Virus record (IMG/VR): IMGVR_UViG_3300048914_000231
Span: 1-64,000 of that record
From: a virus
Length of the DNA stretch: 64,000 bases
Strand: one strand, 5' to 3'
Both the position numbers and the translations under genes were made by a program. Positions 54,601-63,874 of this stretch are shown piece after piece (within the stretch, counting starts at the first letter, position 1; each line of letters opens with the position of its first letter). The notes below the pieces were generated by a model. It was not told where the DNA came from. It searched no databases and was given only the letters and a program-made list of their open reading frames with translations.

Positions 54601-56317
54601 TATCGGGCTTTTCCGTAATGACGGTAAAGCGCGTGCCGGATGGCACCAGCTGGCTGTGCCCGACGCGCAGCACCAGCTGGCAGGCGTCCCAGACATTCGT
54701 TTCGGTCTCGATGGGGCCATTCCAGGTCATGCCCTGCGCGTCGCAGTAATCGGCAAAACTCTTGAATGCCACCAGATCCAGCCGTGCGGTCGGCATGGCG
54801 CCGCCATAGCGCGTGTGCGTGAGAATGTCCCAGACGATCCAGGCCGGATTGGTCGACGCGGCGACGCTCCAGTCGGTGCCGTCGTACACGCTGATCATGC
54901 GCCCGCCATTGACGAACGTGACGTTGGGCAGGCCGGACAGCTGGTCGGTCATCTTGATCTTGAGCGCGACCAGCGCCGTGTTCGGATAGCTCACGTCATC
55001 CAGCGTGATTTCGTTCACGTCCGACAGGTACACGTCGTCCAGGATGTTGTCCTTGGTCGACTTGGGCGTGACGCGGCGCACGCGAATTTCATAGGCGCCG
55101 TTGGTCAGTACATTGGTCGTGTACGAGCGACGCACGGCGCTGCGCTTGTCCGAGCCGATCGTCACACCGGCCGAGTAGACCGGATAGCGCGCGGCACGCA
55201 CGCCATCCACGGTGCTGATCACCGCGCCCGATTGCTCCACGTAGGCGAGCGTAAACAGGTCATCGACCGGATCGCCGGACGGGCCGGTCCAGGTGTGGCC
55301 GTCATAGGTCGCGTATTCCCACGCGGCGATATCGGTCAGCAGCGGCAGCGTTGCCCAGTTGGTGTCGCCCACGCGGCGATATTCGACATCGATGTCGACC
55401 GAGTAGTGTTTGGACGAACCATTGCCGGTGTCGATCTCGCACATGCCGGTCGGCGCCACGAAATCCAGGCGCATCTTGTCGACGTTGGCCGTGGTGGTCG
55501 AATAGAACCAGTCGGTCGTAAGTTTCTGGCTCTTGTTGATCGGCGTGATGTTATCGTTGAACCAGTCGATCATCGTCTGGTTCGACGTGCCAAGACGCGT
55601 CTGAACTTCGACGTCGTGATAATCCGTCAGCGGATTTTCGTTGATCTCGATGTCCGTGATCGAATTGACCGGTCCCTCGCCGGCCGAGACCAGCATGAAC
55701 AGGGTCTGGTTGTCGTCTTCGTCGGTGGTGGTGTACATGCCGACGATGTTGCCGCCGGTGCGAAACTGGCCGTAGCAGACCGGAACCGGGATACCTTCGA
55801 TCGATGTGTTCTTGGCGCCATCAACACCATAGGACGACCTGGTGTCGCTCGCGGTCGTGGTCGGTTTCGGCGGCGCGAAGATCGTATTGACCAGCATCGA
55901 GCCGGCAATCGTGATGCCGGCCTGAATTACAGCACCGCCGATGGTGAGTCCGGTGCCGGTCATGCCCATAGCGCCAGCGATGGCCGCGCCGGTGCCCGCC
56001 GTCATGACCGAAACGGCGATCAGTGCCACGATCGCCAGAATCTGCTTGGTGCCACCGCCGCCGGCCGGCACCGGGCAGATCACGACGTTGTCGGTCTTGT
56101 CCAGGTACGTGACGGCAAACTGTTCGGGCTGCACGATGCGGCCTGACACCGAAACCACAATCGGATCGGCTTCGACCAGCGGAAAGTAGTCGGCCAGGGT
56201 CTTTTTGCTGCGCCAGACCAGTTCGGTACGCTCCTGCTCGCGCGGATTGAACGGATTGAGAATCCGAATTACCGGAATCAGGTGCTTTTTACCTTGGCGC
56301 TTCTTCGTTTCCGACAT
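51632..56317 (-). CDS. Tail tip/central fibre protein J with fused N-terminal gpI-like ubiquitin-fold domain
   Basis: CPVPAGGG plus hydrophobic helices, PVPVCYG, YPNTAL, NPAWIVWD, FN3, DUF1983-like C-terminus. Confidence 0.9.
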   Translation of the reverse strand: MSETKKRQGKKHLIPVIRILNPFNPREQERTELVWRSKKTLADYFPLVEADPIVVSVSGRIVQPEQFAVTYLDKTDNVVICPVPAGGGGTKQILAIVALIAVSVMTAGTGAAIAGAMGMTGTGLTIGGAVIQAGITIAGSMLVNTIFAPPKPTTTASDTRSSYGVDGAKNTSIEGIPVPVCYGQFRTGGNIVGMYTTTDEDDNQTLFMLVSAGEGPVNSITDIEINENPLTDYHDVEVQTRLGTSNQTMIDWFNDNITPINKSQKLTTDWFYSTTTANVDKMRLDFVAPTGMCEIDTGNGSSKHYSVDIDVEYRRVGDTNWATLPLLTDIAAWEYATYDGHTWTGPSGDPVDDLFTLAYVEQSGAVISTVDGVRAARYPVYSAGVTIGSDKRSAVRRSYTTNVLTNGAYEIRVRRVTPKSTKDNILDDVYLSDVNEITLDDVSYPNTALVALKIKMTDQLSGLPNVTFVNGGRMISVYDGTDWSVAASTNPAWIVWDILTHTRYGGAMPTARLDLVAFKSFADYCDAQGMTWNGPIETETNVWDACQLVLRVGHSQLVPSGTRFTVITEKPDTPVMMFSVANMIQGSYKETWLGTADRANEIDVTFFDRTDRYKQRTIKVYDPVAFTSGAPQRNSAVTLYGVVDYDRAYKEAQFQLNLNRYILKTITFGAPLEAIACRVGDLIYVQTDLTNWAQAGRFNAGSTTSVMQLDRPVTMASGKTYNLLAMRDSVQRASGSVVSVTGNSVTLTGFTPGLTVRRIVVGGKDIGVDGTFSNGVILSSVAGVVPGQTYVLWDTDVIEEFPVVVTPGTSDTVTLQTPMSAAPAQFTKWMFGEAARVKKAFRIKSITGDSEYRRDITAIEYRPEVYDYSRYGSNVAVPTNPNTPIGPVANLAVYEETYIAGDNVVTSVVASWTASTVGMYGGADVYVTRNGRTEEKINTVKSVTSVVISAARGDVLGVRVVAFDLFDKRSQYEDAPTATYTVIGETQGIDVGMPTGVDYVWSGRDCKINWRYNSVTHSYEFGSEPNGADAGALDPHFKDYEIKVFEADGTTLRRTEYTTDNSYVYIYDKNFSDGLTRHLVFQVRQRDTFNNLGTPALLDAFNPSPGLTSFSALPSFDSVSVSYQHTDDPDFAGVCMWMSQNASNLNGTPSDTYLVYSGPDTSFAVPGLMFNAVYYYKLAAYDAFGRTELNVSSMQTFTTTNLNVAAIADGVIADSKLLPALKTRIDLIDAADTVAGSVNARVKAVSDVLNDPVTGLPAATAKITALEDVSATSASTNARTLYQLKAQVNDATTGLPAATAAITQLNNVSATSTSAAAQAIYQITSRLNNVGGVTMEQAFSTNANTISGLSGQYSLKIDNNGYIAGFGLSSTSSLAGVGTSEFVIYADKFGLIMPSYPGVQPFTVGTVNGVPRVILSNALIGDASISSAMIGDAQINTLKLAGEAVTVPIVVTAPDRQRKGVGEGTWTVVNEGYMAMPQDGMVYILVTSAQGFANNSRYWSIRIKVAGTVVRGIMGRVANDAPVCSASVKLPAGTTKVEVEWSAHPDVILGYNEIFMMGVKK

Positions 56318-56678
56318 ACTCGAAATATCCTACGATGCGGTGCTGCCAGTCCGCCAGGCGGACAATCGTCACGCCACCGGAGGGTTCCCAGGCGTGAATC
56401 ATGTGGTGTGGACCGAATACATAGCCCACGTGCGCGGCATACCTGCCGACCCGGATGAATGCCACGGCGCCGTGACGTGGTTCGATCTGGCGCCACTGGG
56501 GCAGACTGGCCGTCATCATGGCCATGATGGTCGGCTGGTCGGTCGCGCTGCCGAAGTCCGGCAGCACCACGCCGTCGCGGCGCGCGCATTCCATCACCAG
56601 GCCATAGCAGTCCAGCGCGTCGGGTCCGCGCGCGCCGTATTCGAACGGCACGCCGATCAGGTCGGCGAAATCAGCCAT
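56289..56678 (-). CDS. NlpC/P60 tail protein (no JAB domain)
   Basis: GVPFEYGARG..DCYGL..HVG..MIHA. Confidence 0.85.
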   Translation of the reverse strand: MADFADLIGVPFEYGARGPDALDCYGLVMECARRDGVVLPDFGSATDQPTIMAMMTASLPQWRQIEPRHGAVAFIRVGRYAAHVGYVFGPHHMIHAWEPSGGVTIVRLADWQHRIVGYFEYVGNEEAPR

Positions 56679-57303
56679 AGCGGGTGTCGCGCGAATTGAT
56701 GCCCGGGAAAGCGCCGAAATGAATGACGTTCTGATGCGCGCGGCAGCCATTGGCGCCTTCAAGCGACAGGTCGCACGACGACATCGAGCCGGTATAGCCA
56801 CATTCCTGACTCTTGTAGCGCCACTGGCAGTAATCCTTGGTCTGGCGCCGGCGCGGGAAGGTCTTGGTAATGTTGTTCTCGGCGCCCAGCGTGAAGGCGC
56901 AGACGTAGTTGGCCGTCTCGGCGGCCGTGACCTGGAAGTACTCGATCACCTCGGGGCTTTGCGTCAGGTTGCCGGCGTTGACGACGGTGACCGTGACGGC
57001 GAACCCTACGCCGCCGCCATAATCCTGCATGCGCTGCTGTACCGTCAGCGTGTAATCCTTGATCGACAGGTTGATCTCGGACTGCGTGCCGGCCTCGGAC
57101 TTGAGCGTGATGTCGAATGCGGCCGGCGAGTACGTAAAACCGTTGTACGTGACCGGGTCCGGGTTGCGGGCCAGATGCAGCGTCTCGACGGTGACCAGCG
57201 TCGCCGGATCGATCACGGCGACGTCCAGAAGAATGATCCAGGGTACTTCGGAAGAAATCCGGTTCTTCTCGATGATGCTGGCGACGGAAAGGGAGGTGGT
57301 CAT
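56671..57303 (-). CDS. Minor tail protein L-like
   Basis: C-terminal CQWRY..CGY..C..C..FGAFPG. Confidence 0.8.
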   Translation of the reverse strand: MTTSLSVASIIEKNRISSEVPWIILLDVAVIDPATLVTVETLHLARNPDPVTYNGFTYSPAAFDITLKSEAGTQSEINLSIKDYTLTVQQRMQDYGGGVGFAVTVTVVNAGNLTQSPEVIEYFQVTAAETANYVCAFTLGAENNITKTFPRRRQTKDYCQWRYKSQECGYTGSMSSCDLSLEGANGCRAHQNVIHFGAFPGINSRDTRYG

Positions 57304-57319
57304 GCGGCGATTATACATC

Positions 57320-57333
57320 AGTCACCGCTGACC
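57320..57333. promoter_or_regulatory. Palindrome variant upstream of TATAAT (probable leaderless mRNA)
   Basis: AGTCACCGCTGACC; TATAAT at 57310-57315, ATG 6 nt later. Confidence 0.7.
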
Positions 57334-57346
57334 TATCAATCGGGCA

Positions 57347-57718
57347 TCAGGCCTGCGCCAGTTTGAAGGCGACGTCCCACAGTTTGGTTGGTCCGATACC
57401 GGAGTACCTGAACGTCATGTCGCCATCGAAACGCACCTGCCAGGTGGTCAGATTGACCGGATCGGTCCAGTCGAAGATTACCGCGCCGCCACCCACCGTG
57501 GCGTAGAAGTTCATCAGGGTGGTGCGGTCCGCGTCCGTGATGCCCTTGTAGCCGGTGGTGAAGGTCTTACGCGGCGTGCGGGTGTGGCGCGCGCGCGAGA
57601 CGACATAGCCACCTTCCATTTCGGACTTGATGGCCACGTCCTCGATCGCGATCGAGTACTGGGTGGAATCCTGGCCGCCTTTACCCAGGGCCAGGGTGGG
57701 GAATACCGGATTTGTCAT
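57347..57718 (-). CDS. Distal tail protein (lambda gpM-like)
   Basis: Position after tape measure; FDWTDP..VRF. Confidence 0.75.
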   Translation of the reverse strand: MTNPVFPTLALGKGGQDSTQYSIAIEDVAIKSEMEGGYVVSRARHTRTPRKTFTTGYKGITDADRTTLMNFYATVGGGAVIFDWTDPVNLTTWQVRFDGDMTFRYSGIGPTKLWDVAFKLAQA

Positions 57719-57721
57719 AAA

Positions 57722-60700
57722 TTAACCTTTCAATGCGTCCTTCATGCCCGAGCGAAACGGACCCGGGGTGGTTACGGCCGACAGCACCACGTCCAGAACC
57801 ATCTGCTTGCCATCAAAGCGGGCGTTGCCCTGCTGGGCGTTGACCGGCGTGGACGTCTGGTTGATCACGTTGACCTGAACGTTGGCGCCGGCGGCCTGTG
57901 TGCTACCCTTCATCGTCACCGGAATCGAACGTCCGTCCGGCAGCGGGACGTAGGCTTCCGTGCCGGCTTCACCGTAGATCGCGACCTGCGGGCTGTTGGC
58001 CACGCCGCCGTTGGCGTACTTGCGCAACTGCAGCGGCCCCATACTCGTCATGATGCCGCCGTTGGCAAACATGAACTCGGCGACCGAGCCTGCCCCAACG
58101 CTGTTTTCCGCTGCCGTGGCACCGGCGGCCATGTCACCGCCGCCAAACAGGGAGCCCAAAAATCCACCGCCACTCACGCCAGACCCGCTTGTCATCAGCC
58201 GTTCGGCGAACATCTGCAGTGCCGGAATGGCCTGGCTGTAGATCGTGGTGCCCATCTGCATGGAGGCGCTGGCCGTGGTCTCGTCGGCGGTCACACGCTG
58301 GGCCGCCGCGGCCGTGGCCGCAACATCGCTGGCGCCCGTTTTGGCCATGCCGAACACGTTGGTCTTGAGCCAGTCGCCGCCGGCATCGGACAATTGTCTG
58401 AGCGGCTCGGCCAGCGCCTGTTTCAGTTTGGCCGAAGCGATCTCCATCAGCATTTTCTTGATGAAGTCCTTGACCGCCAGATGACCGGTATTGAGCGAGT
58501 CCACGATCATGCTGACAAAGCTGTCGGCCGCGTTGGCGCCAATCTGGTCGACCGCTCTGCCGACGTCCTGCCATTCGCGCGCCATTCTGGCGGTCGCGGA
58601 CTCCATCTGGCGCGCTTCCTGTTCCGCGCGCAGCCGGCGGCGCTCGTTATAGATGCGGTCGGTGTTGTCGCGGTCGCGCTGGTAATCCTCGTCGATGGCC
58701 AGCAGCATTTCGGTGCGCTGCTCCTCGGTCTCGATGCCGGATTCCTTGCCCAGTGTGGCGCCCGCGATCAGGCTGCGCTCCCTGGCGTACGTATCGTCCA
58801 GCGTCTTTTTGCGCATGTTCAGCTGCGCATCCTCGGCCGCGCGCTCGGCTTCCAGACGCAGGCGAATGCGCTCGCGCTCGGTATCGGCCAGTTCGGCCTT
58901 CGACTGGCGGTTCTTGTCCAGGTAGCCCAGCGCGAACGTATTGTTGTCGGCGCGCGCCTGGTTGAACAGGGCCATCCCCTTGGCGATATTCCACTTTTCG
59001 AACGCACTGGTGCCGGCGCCAAGACGCTGTTCGGCACGCTGCAGCTCCTTGTTCAATGCCTTGAATGCGTCGGTCTGCTTGGCGAGACCGCCATTTTCCA
59101 GCGTATTCATCGCTGAATTGGCTTCGTAGAGGGACGCAGCGACACGCTCGTTGGCAAACGTCACGGCCTTGATCTGCTCGTTGTAGAGCATGGCCTGATA
59201 GGTCTCATCCTTCAGCTGCCTGATTTTCGGATCGTCCGCGGCCGGATTCTTCGTCTTGTCGTGGTTGACCGAATAGTCGCCCGCCTTGCGCTTGCCCTCG
59301 ACCAGATCGATCGCCTCCTGGCGCAGGGTCTCCAGCGTCTCGCCGCCGGCCACCAGCGCATCCAGCTTGGTCTTGGCGGCGTTCATCTTGCCCTGTTCCT
59401 CATACAGGGCTTCGTTCAGCGGATCGCGGTCGCCGCGGCGCTTGCCGCTGGTGGCCGCGGCATTGTCGATGCGCGCGGTCAGTTTGTCGTTCGGCTTGTC
59501 CTTGGGTTCGGCGACTTTTTGCTCGACGCGCTTGTCCGGGGTCAGCCTGACCGGCTGGCGCTTCTTGCTCTCTTCCGTGATCAGGGTTGCATCGTAGCGA
59601 TGCTCGTTGATTGCCGAACGCCTGTCGATGTCGGCTTTCTTGCCGGCGTACTCCTCGTCGCTGTCCAGGTGTACCAGATGGCGTGCCCAGGCCATCAGAC
59701 CTTCGCCGCCCAGCGTCAGGCGACGCCAGTTCGCGATGATGTGGGTGATGGCGTTATCGATGCGCTCGCCGATCGTCAGCGTCATCGTACCGAACAGGTC
59801 GAACGAATCGAGCCAGTTGCCGATCACCGTGCCGATGTCAAACGCCAGCACGACGAGGCCAAACACCTTGAACACCTTGGTCAGCGCGGCAAAGGCGCTA
59901 CCGATGAGGCCGACACTACCGGCCGCGGCCGGGCCGACGCCAATCAGCGAGCGCAGCACACCCATCAGGCCGGTGGCACCGAACATCGACATGAAGCCCT
60001 TGACCGACAGCACGACACCGGCGAAGCCGGCACCGATCACGGACAGGGTCGCGGCCACCTGGTTGTTCTGGCCAAACTCGCGAAACATCATCACGACACG
60101 GCTGCCGAACTCCAGCAGCTTGGTCAGGGCCGGCAGGATCGTATCGCCGACGATGACCTTGAAATTGGTCAGCTGGGCGTTGAACTTCTGCATGTTGGCC
60201 GCGTAGCTGCCACCCAGGCGCTCGGCGGTCTTGTTGACGCCGTCGGCGCTGTTGATGGTTTGCGACTGGTGTTCAAGGCGCTCGCGCGCGGCTGGCGTGC
60301 CCACGGCGGTGACGGCGGTGACGGCCGACTGCGTGATGCCCAGGCGCTGCAGATACTGCTGGACCGCCAGCATCTGGTCCTGAACATTGTTCGGATCCAT
60401 GCCGTTCTTGTAGAAGCGCGCGCGGTTCTTCTGCGTGTAGGCGACGATCTGCGGCACCATGTCCTGAATCGCACGCACCGGGTCGCGCAGCCACAGATCG
60501 ACGTTCTTGAAGCTGCCGTTCTTGGCGTCCTTGAGCACGCCGGCGTCATCCTTCGACAGGTCCAGGCCGCTCTCGTCGAGAATGCCGGCGCCGATCGTTT
60601 CCTGAACCGCCTTGTTCGACTTGGTCTTGCCGGTGGCATAGGCCTGCATCATCTTGATGATGGTGCCGACGGTCGACACGCCGCCGCCCGAGCCGCCATC

Positions 60701-62275
60701 GCCGCCCGAGACCTTGAACTGGTCGATCAGGCCGACGAGATTGACCAGGCCTGCATCCGACAGCATGTTGGCGCCCGAGCCGACGCGACGCAGTGCGTTT
60801 TCCATGTCGGCCAGGTTGACCTTGCCGGCGGTGCCGATCATCGACTTGTTGAGCACGTCGAAGGTCTTGAGCATCGCGTCCGGATCGGCCGTCTGCTGGC
60901 GCATTTCGGTCACGCCGTAGATGTTGCGCAGCGTGGACTGCAGGTCGCCGTGGCCGGCGCCGAGCAGCTCCATGTTGTTGGCGGCCGAGATCGCGGCCGG
61001 CAGGGTCGCGTCGATCACGCTTTCGTGGTTGTAGCCGAGCGACGAGATCGCCGACATCTTCGACTTGATCGCGTCCTTGGTCGAAACGACCCCCAGCTGG
61101 TCGCTGATCCTTTGCGCGTCCGCAAACAGCTTGTCTTCCTGAACCTTGGGCAGGTTCAGCGCCTGCACCATGATGCGCGCGCGCTGGTCATCGTCGGCCT
61201 CGCCGACCGACCTGCCGATACCCTGCTCGATCTTGGCGCCGGCATACATCTGCGCCATGCCGCGCCACATGTCGGCGATCATCTTGGCCTGGGCACGCTG
61301 TTCTTCCAGTTCCTGACGCTGGATGCGACGACGTTCTGCCGACGCCTCGCGCGCGGCGCGCAGGCGTTCTGCCTCCGCCTGACGGGCGGCGCGGACCTTT
61401 TCGGCCTCCGCCGTGCGCACGTCGCGCGCCTCTTCTTCGGCGTAGACCTTTTTCTGGCGCGCGAAGTCGGCAGCATTCTTGGCGGCGTCGCGCGCGGCCT
61501 GGGCTTCGCGCCGCGCGGCCATTTCACGAATGCGCGCGATTTCCGCGTCGTTACCCTTGCCGACGGCTTTCGACACCCGGTCCATCTGCAGTTTGGCTTC
61601 AACGTTGCGCAGAATCGCCTGACGCTCGGCATCCAGCGACGAGATCGAGGAAATGCGCGCGGCCTGGGCCGTGCGGGTGCTGGCGATCAGGGCGTCGGTG
61701 GCGGCGATTTCGCGCCGTACCAGTTCGGCGTTCGCGTTCAGGCGTGCAGCCTCGCCCTCGTAGCCGGTAGCGGTGGCGCCGGAACCAGCCTTCTTGCTGC
61801 GACGCGCCTTTTCGGCGGCCAGTTCCGCGGCCATTGCCTCGGCGCGCATCTGCGACTCCAGCTTGCGCAGTTCGGCATGGGTCTTGATGCGCGAATCGAG
61901 CAGCTTCTTGTTGGAGTCGATTTCGTTTTCGAGCACCTTGAGCTTGGCGTCAATCTGCGCGGTCGCGGCAGCCTTGGCCTGGGTCGCGGCGTCCTTGACG
62001 CCCTTGCTGATGCTGGACATGCCACCCAGCAGATTTTTCTGCAACGACTCGACGGTCGTTGCCAGCGATTTGGACAGCGAGGCGAAGCCGTTGGCGAAGC
62101 CGGACATGCCGCTGGACATATCCTTCAGGCCGCCTTCAACCTTGCTGGTGGATTTGGTAAGGCCGTCCAGCTGACCGGACAGGCCTTTCACCTCTTCCTG
62201 ATTCTTGCGGACCTTGACGCTGAATCCGCTGTCGTCCATCGAGAGAACGACCTTGATTTCCTTACCGATCGGCAT
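57722..62275 (-). CDS. Tape measure protein
   Basis: 1517 aa, Ala-rich helical; C-terminal FANGG..GEAG.EA..P. Confidence 0.92.
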   Translation of the reverse strand: MPIGKEIKVVLSMDDSGFSVKVRKNQEEVKGLSGQLDGLTKSTSKVEGGLKDMSSGMSGFANGFASLSKSLATTVESLQKNLLGGMSSISKGVKDAATQAKAAATAQIDAKLKVLENEIDSNKKLLDSRIKTHAELRKLESQMRAEAMAAELAAEKARRSKKAGSGATATGYEGEAARLNANAELVRREIAATDALIASTRTAQAARISSISSLDAERQAILRNVEAKLQMDRVSKAVGKGNDAEIARIREMAARREAQAARDAAKNAADFARQKKVYAEEEARDVRTAEAEKVRAARQAEAERLRAAREASAERRRIQRQELEEQRAQAKMIADMWRGMAQMYAGAKIEQGIGRSVGEADDDQRARIMVQALNLPKVQEDKLFADAQRISDQLGVVSTKDAIKSKMSAISSLGYNHESVIDATLPAAISAANNMELLGAGHGDLQSTLRNIYGVTEMRQQTADPDAMLKTFDVLNKSMIGTAGKVNLADMENALRRVGSGANMLSDAGLVNLVGLIDQFKVSGGDGGSGGGVSTVGTIIKMMQAYATGKTKSNKAVQETIGAGILDESGLDLSKDDAGVLKDAKNGSFKNVDLWLRDPVRAIQDMVPQIVAYTQKNRARFYKNGMDPNNVQDQMLAVQQYLQRLGITQSAVTAVTAVGTPAARERLEHQSQTINSADGVNKTAERLGGSYAANMQKFNAQLTNFKVIVGDTILPALTKLLEFGSRVVMMFREFGQNNQVAATLSVIGAGFAGVVLSVKGFMSMFGATGLMGVLRSLIGVGPAAAGSVGLIGSAFAALTKVFKVFGLVVLAFDIGTVIGNWLDSFDLFGTMTLTIGERIDNAITHIIANWRRLTLGGEGLMAWARHLVHLDSDEEYAGKKADIDRRSAINEHRYDATLITEESKKRQPVRLTPDKRVEQKVAEPKDKPNDKLTARIDNAAATSGKRRGDRDPLNEALYEEQGKMNAAKTKLDALVAGGETLETLRQEAIDLVEGKRKAGDYSVNHDKTKNPAADDPKIRQLKDETYQAMLYNEQIKAVTFANERVAASLYEANSAMNTLENGGLAKQTDAFKALNKELQRAEQRLGAGTSAFEKWNIAKGMALFNQARADNNTFALGYLDKNRQSKAELADTERERIRLRLEAERAAEDAQLNMRKKTLDDTYARERSLIAGATLGKESGIETEEQRTEMLLAIDEDYQRDRDNTDRIYNERRRLRAEQEARQMESATARMAREWQDVGRAVDQIGANAADSFVSMIVDSLNTGHLAVKDFIKKMLMEIASAKLKQALAEPLRQLSDAGGDWLKTNVFGMAKTGASDVAATAAAAQRVTADETTASASMQMGTTIYSQAIPALQMFAERLMTSGSGVSGGGFLGSLFGGGDMAAGATAAENSVGAGSVAEFMFANGGIMTSMGPLQLRKYANGGVANSPQVAIYGEAGTEAYVPLPDGRSIPVTMKGSTQAAGANVQVNVINQTSTPVNAQQGNARFDGKQMVLDVVLSAVTTPGPFRSGMKDALKG

Positions 62276-62290
62276 GCCTACCTCAAAAAG

Positions 62291-62644
62291 TTACTGGCCT
62301 GTGTTCTGGCCCGCCATCCTCTTGAGTTCGGCGAACCCATCTTCGTCGCGACGTGCGAGCATTGGATTGACCTCGTCATCCATGCGCACGATGGTGCCGG
62401 CTTCCAGCACCAGAGCCTGCCTGAGAGTCGCAACATTCTCCGGCGTGCCTTGTGAAACCATACTGAGCGTCAGACGCCGCTGATCGTCCCTGGCTTCGAT
62501 TCGGTCGATGTTCCGGTTCATGGCCCAGAACGTTTTCAGGGGCAGTGCGCGGATTGCGTCAAACCCCATGCCGTAGTAACCCATCACCCGACAGAAGAAG
62601 AACCCGAAATCGAGCTCCTCTACCTGCCGGTCTTCTACTTTCCC
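62291..62644 (-). CDS. gpT portion of the tail assembly chaperone G-T, made by -1 frameshift
   Basis: -1 frame is open from the GGGAAAG slip site into the 62291..62587 ORF. Confidence 0.8.
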   Translation of the reverse strand, partial: GKVEDRQVEELDFGFFFCRVMGYYGMGFDAIRALPLKTFWAMNRNIDRIEARDDQRRLTLSMVSQGTPENVATLRQALVLEAGTIVRMDDEVNPMLARRDEDGFAELKRMAGQNTGQ

Positions 62645-62949
62645 GCTTCGTCGGCGACTTCCTCGGCGCCCTCGACATCGGCACCGCGCACGAATTCGGC
62701 GATCTGGTTGAGTTGCTCCAGCGTATATTTCCTCAGCTTCTCTTCCTTGAGCGTCGGCACCAGGCGCAGGATGGTCTTGACCGTGAAGCGCACCTGCGCT
62801 TCGACATCCTCGTGATCCATGGCCTTGACCGCCATCGTGGTCTCGATGAACGCATCGACGTCGATGCTGTTGATGGCGTGATCGACGCCGTCGACCTTCA
62901 GGAAGCGGCCCGTGGCGGGAGTGAATTTGTCCAGGTCGAGAAATTTCAT
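62635..62949 (-). CDS. Tail assembly chaperone gpG-like
   Basis: Between major tail protein and tape measure; ends GCG GGA AAG TAG. Confidence 0.85.
   Translation of the reverse strand: MKFLDLDKFTPATGRFLKVDGVDHAINSIDVDAFIETTMAVKAMDHEDVEAQVRFTVKTILRLVPTLKEEKLRKYTLEQLNQIAEFVRGADVEGAEEVADEAGK
62638..62644 (-). other. Programmed -1 ribosomal frameshift site G GGA AAG
   Basis: Same heptamer as the lambda G-T slippery site, in the correct phase. Confidence 0.85.
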
Positions 62950-63007
62950 GATGTCTCCTTGGGAGGATCAGCCCCGCCAGGGAGGCGGGGCTTGGGTTGC
63001 CGGCCGG

Positions 63008-63850
63008 TTACTGGCCGATGTAGAACAGCTTGTTGGTGGTCGGGTCCGGGTAGGCCTTGAACTCGGCGTTGAACACGCGCTCGTCTTCCAGCTTGTACGC
63101 GAACGTCAGTGCGCCCGACGAAGCGGCCAGCGGAATGACAAAGTCGTCCGACTTGTCGTTGTCGGCCTTGCCCAGCGGGTGCAGGCGCAGTTCCTTGGCG
63201 ATCGACAGCAGGTCGATGCCGATACCGGTCGACACGTCCACGCGCGCGGCGGTGACGGCAGTGCCGCCCGACAGGGTGGCGCCAGACACGGTGACCGATG
63301 CGCCGGCGGTGCCGGTTGCGATCGTGAAGGCGTTGCCGGCGGTGCCGCGCAGGTCGTAGGTCACGGTGACGATGTTGGCTGCAGCGACGTAGTTGGCCAG
63401 GGCGATGGCCGGCACGCTCGACGCGTTCAGCACGGTGGCCAGGTTGGCTGCGGTGACGGCGGTGGTGCCGCCGATGGTGACGTCCAGCGGGCCGGCGGCG
63501 GCGGTCTTGAACGTGACCGTCTGGCCGTTGATCGTGATCGTCTGGCCGTTGGTCGGCTGGGTCGCGATGGTGACGGTGCCGGTTGCGAACACGCCGTCCG
63601 AGGTCAGGGTTGCGCCCGGCATCGTGGCCACGAGGTTGTCCAGCGTGGTTTCAGCCAGCGGGGCCTTCACGGTGCACTGGCGGCCCATGATGTATTCGTT
63701 GATCGGGGTCTTGCCGAACTGGTCGACGTTGACCTCGTGGGTGTCGGTTTTCACCTCCACCTCGACGCCACCCTTGGTGTAGCCGAGATCCGTTCCGTTG
63801 AACAGAACGCGGCACACGCCAAGCTTGACGTTTTTAGTATCGCTTGCCAT
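63008..63850 (-). CDS. Major tail protein with an internal inserted domain
   Basis: DLGYTKGGVEV..DQFG..LAETT; Thr/Ala-rich insert; upstream of the chaperones. Confidence 0.85.
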   Translation of the reverse strand: MASDTKNVKLGVCRVLFNGTDLGYTKGGVEVEVKTDTHEVNVDQFGKTPINEYIMGRQCTVKAPLAETTLDNLVATMPGATLTSDGVFATGTVTIATQPTNGQTITINGQTVTFKTAAAGPLDVTIGGTTAVTAANLATVLNASSVPAIALANYVAAANIVTVTYDLRGTAGNAFTIATGTAGASVTVSGATLSGGTAVTAARVDVSTGIGIDLLSIAKELRLHPLGKADNDKSDDFVIPLAASSGALTFAYKLEDERVFNAEFKAYPDPTTNKLFYIGQ

Positions 63851-63874
63851 CTAAAACTCCTTTGCAAAGGTATA

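Noticed and set aside
45545-56317. Diversity-generating retroelement or invertible fibre cassette
   Set aside because: No reverse transcriptase, invertase or adenine-specific TR/VR repeat pair seen; the duplicated domains are diverged at all positions.
4639-62455. Long plus-strand ORFs (e.g. 4639-6411, 11005-12798, 59261-62455)
   Set aside because: Antisense shadows of GC-rich genes with clear minus-strand motifs; no recognisable domains.
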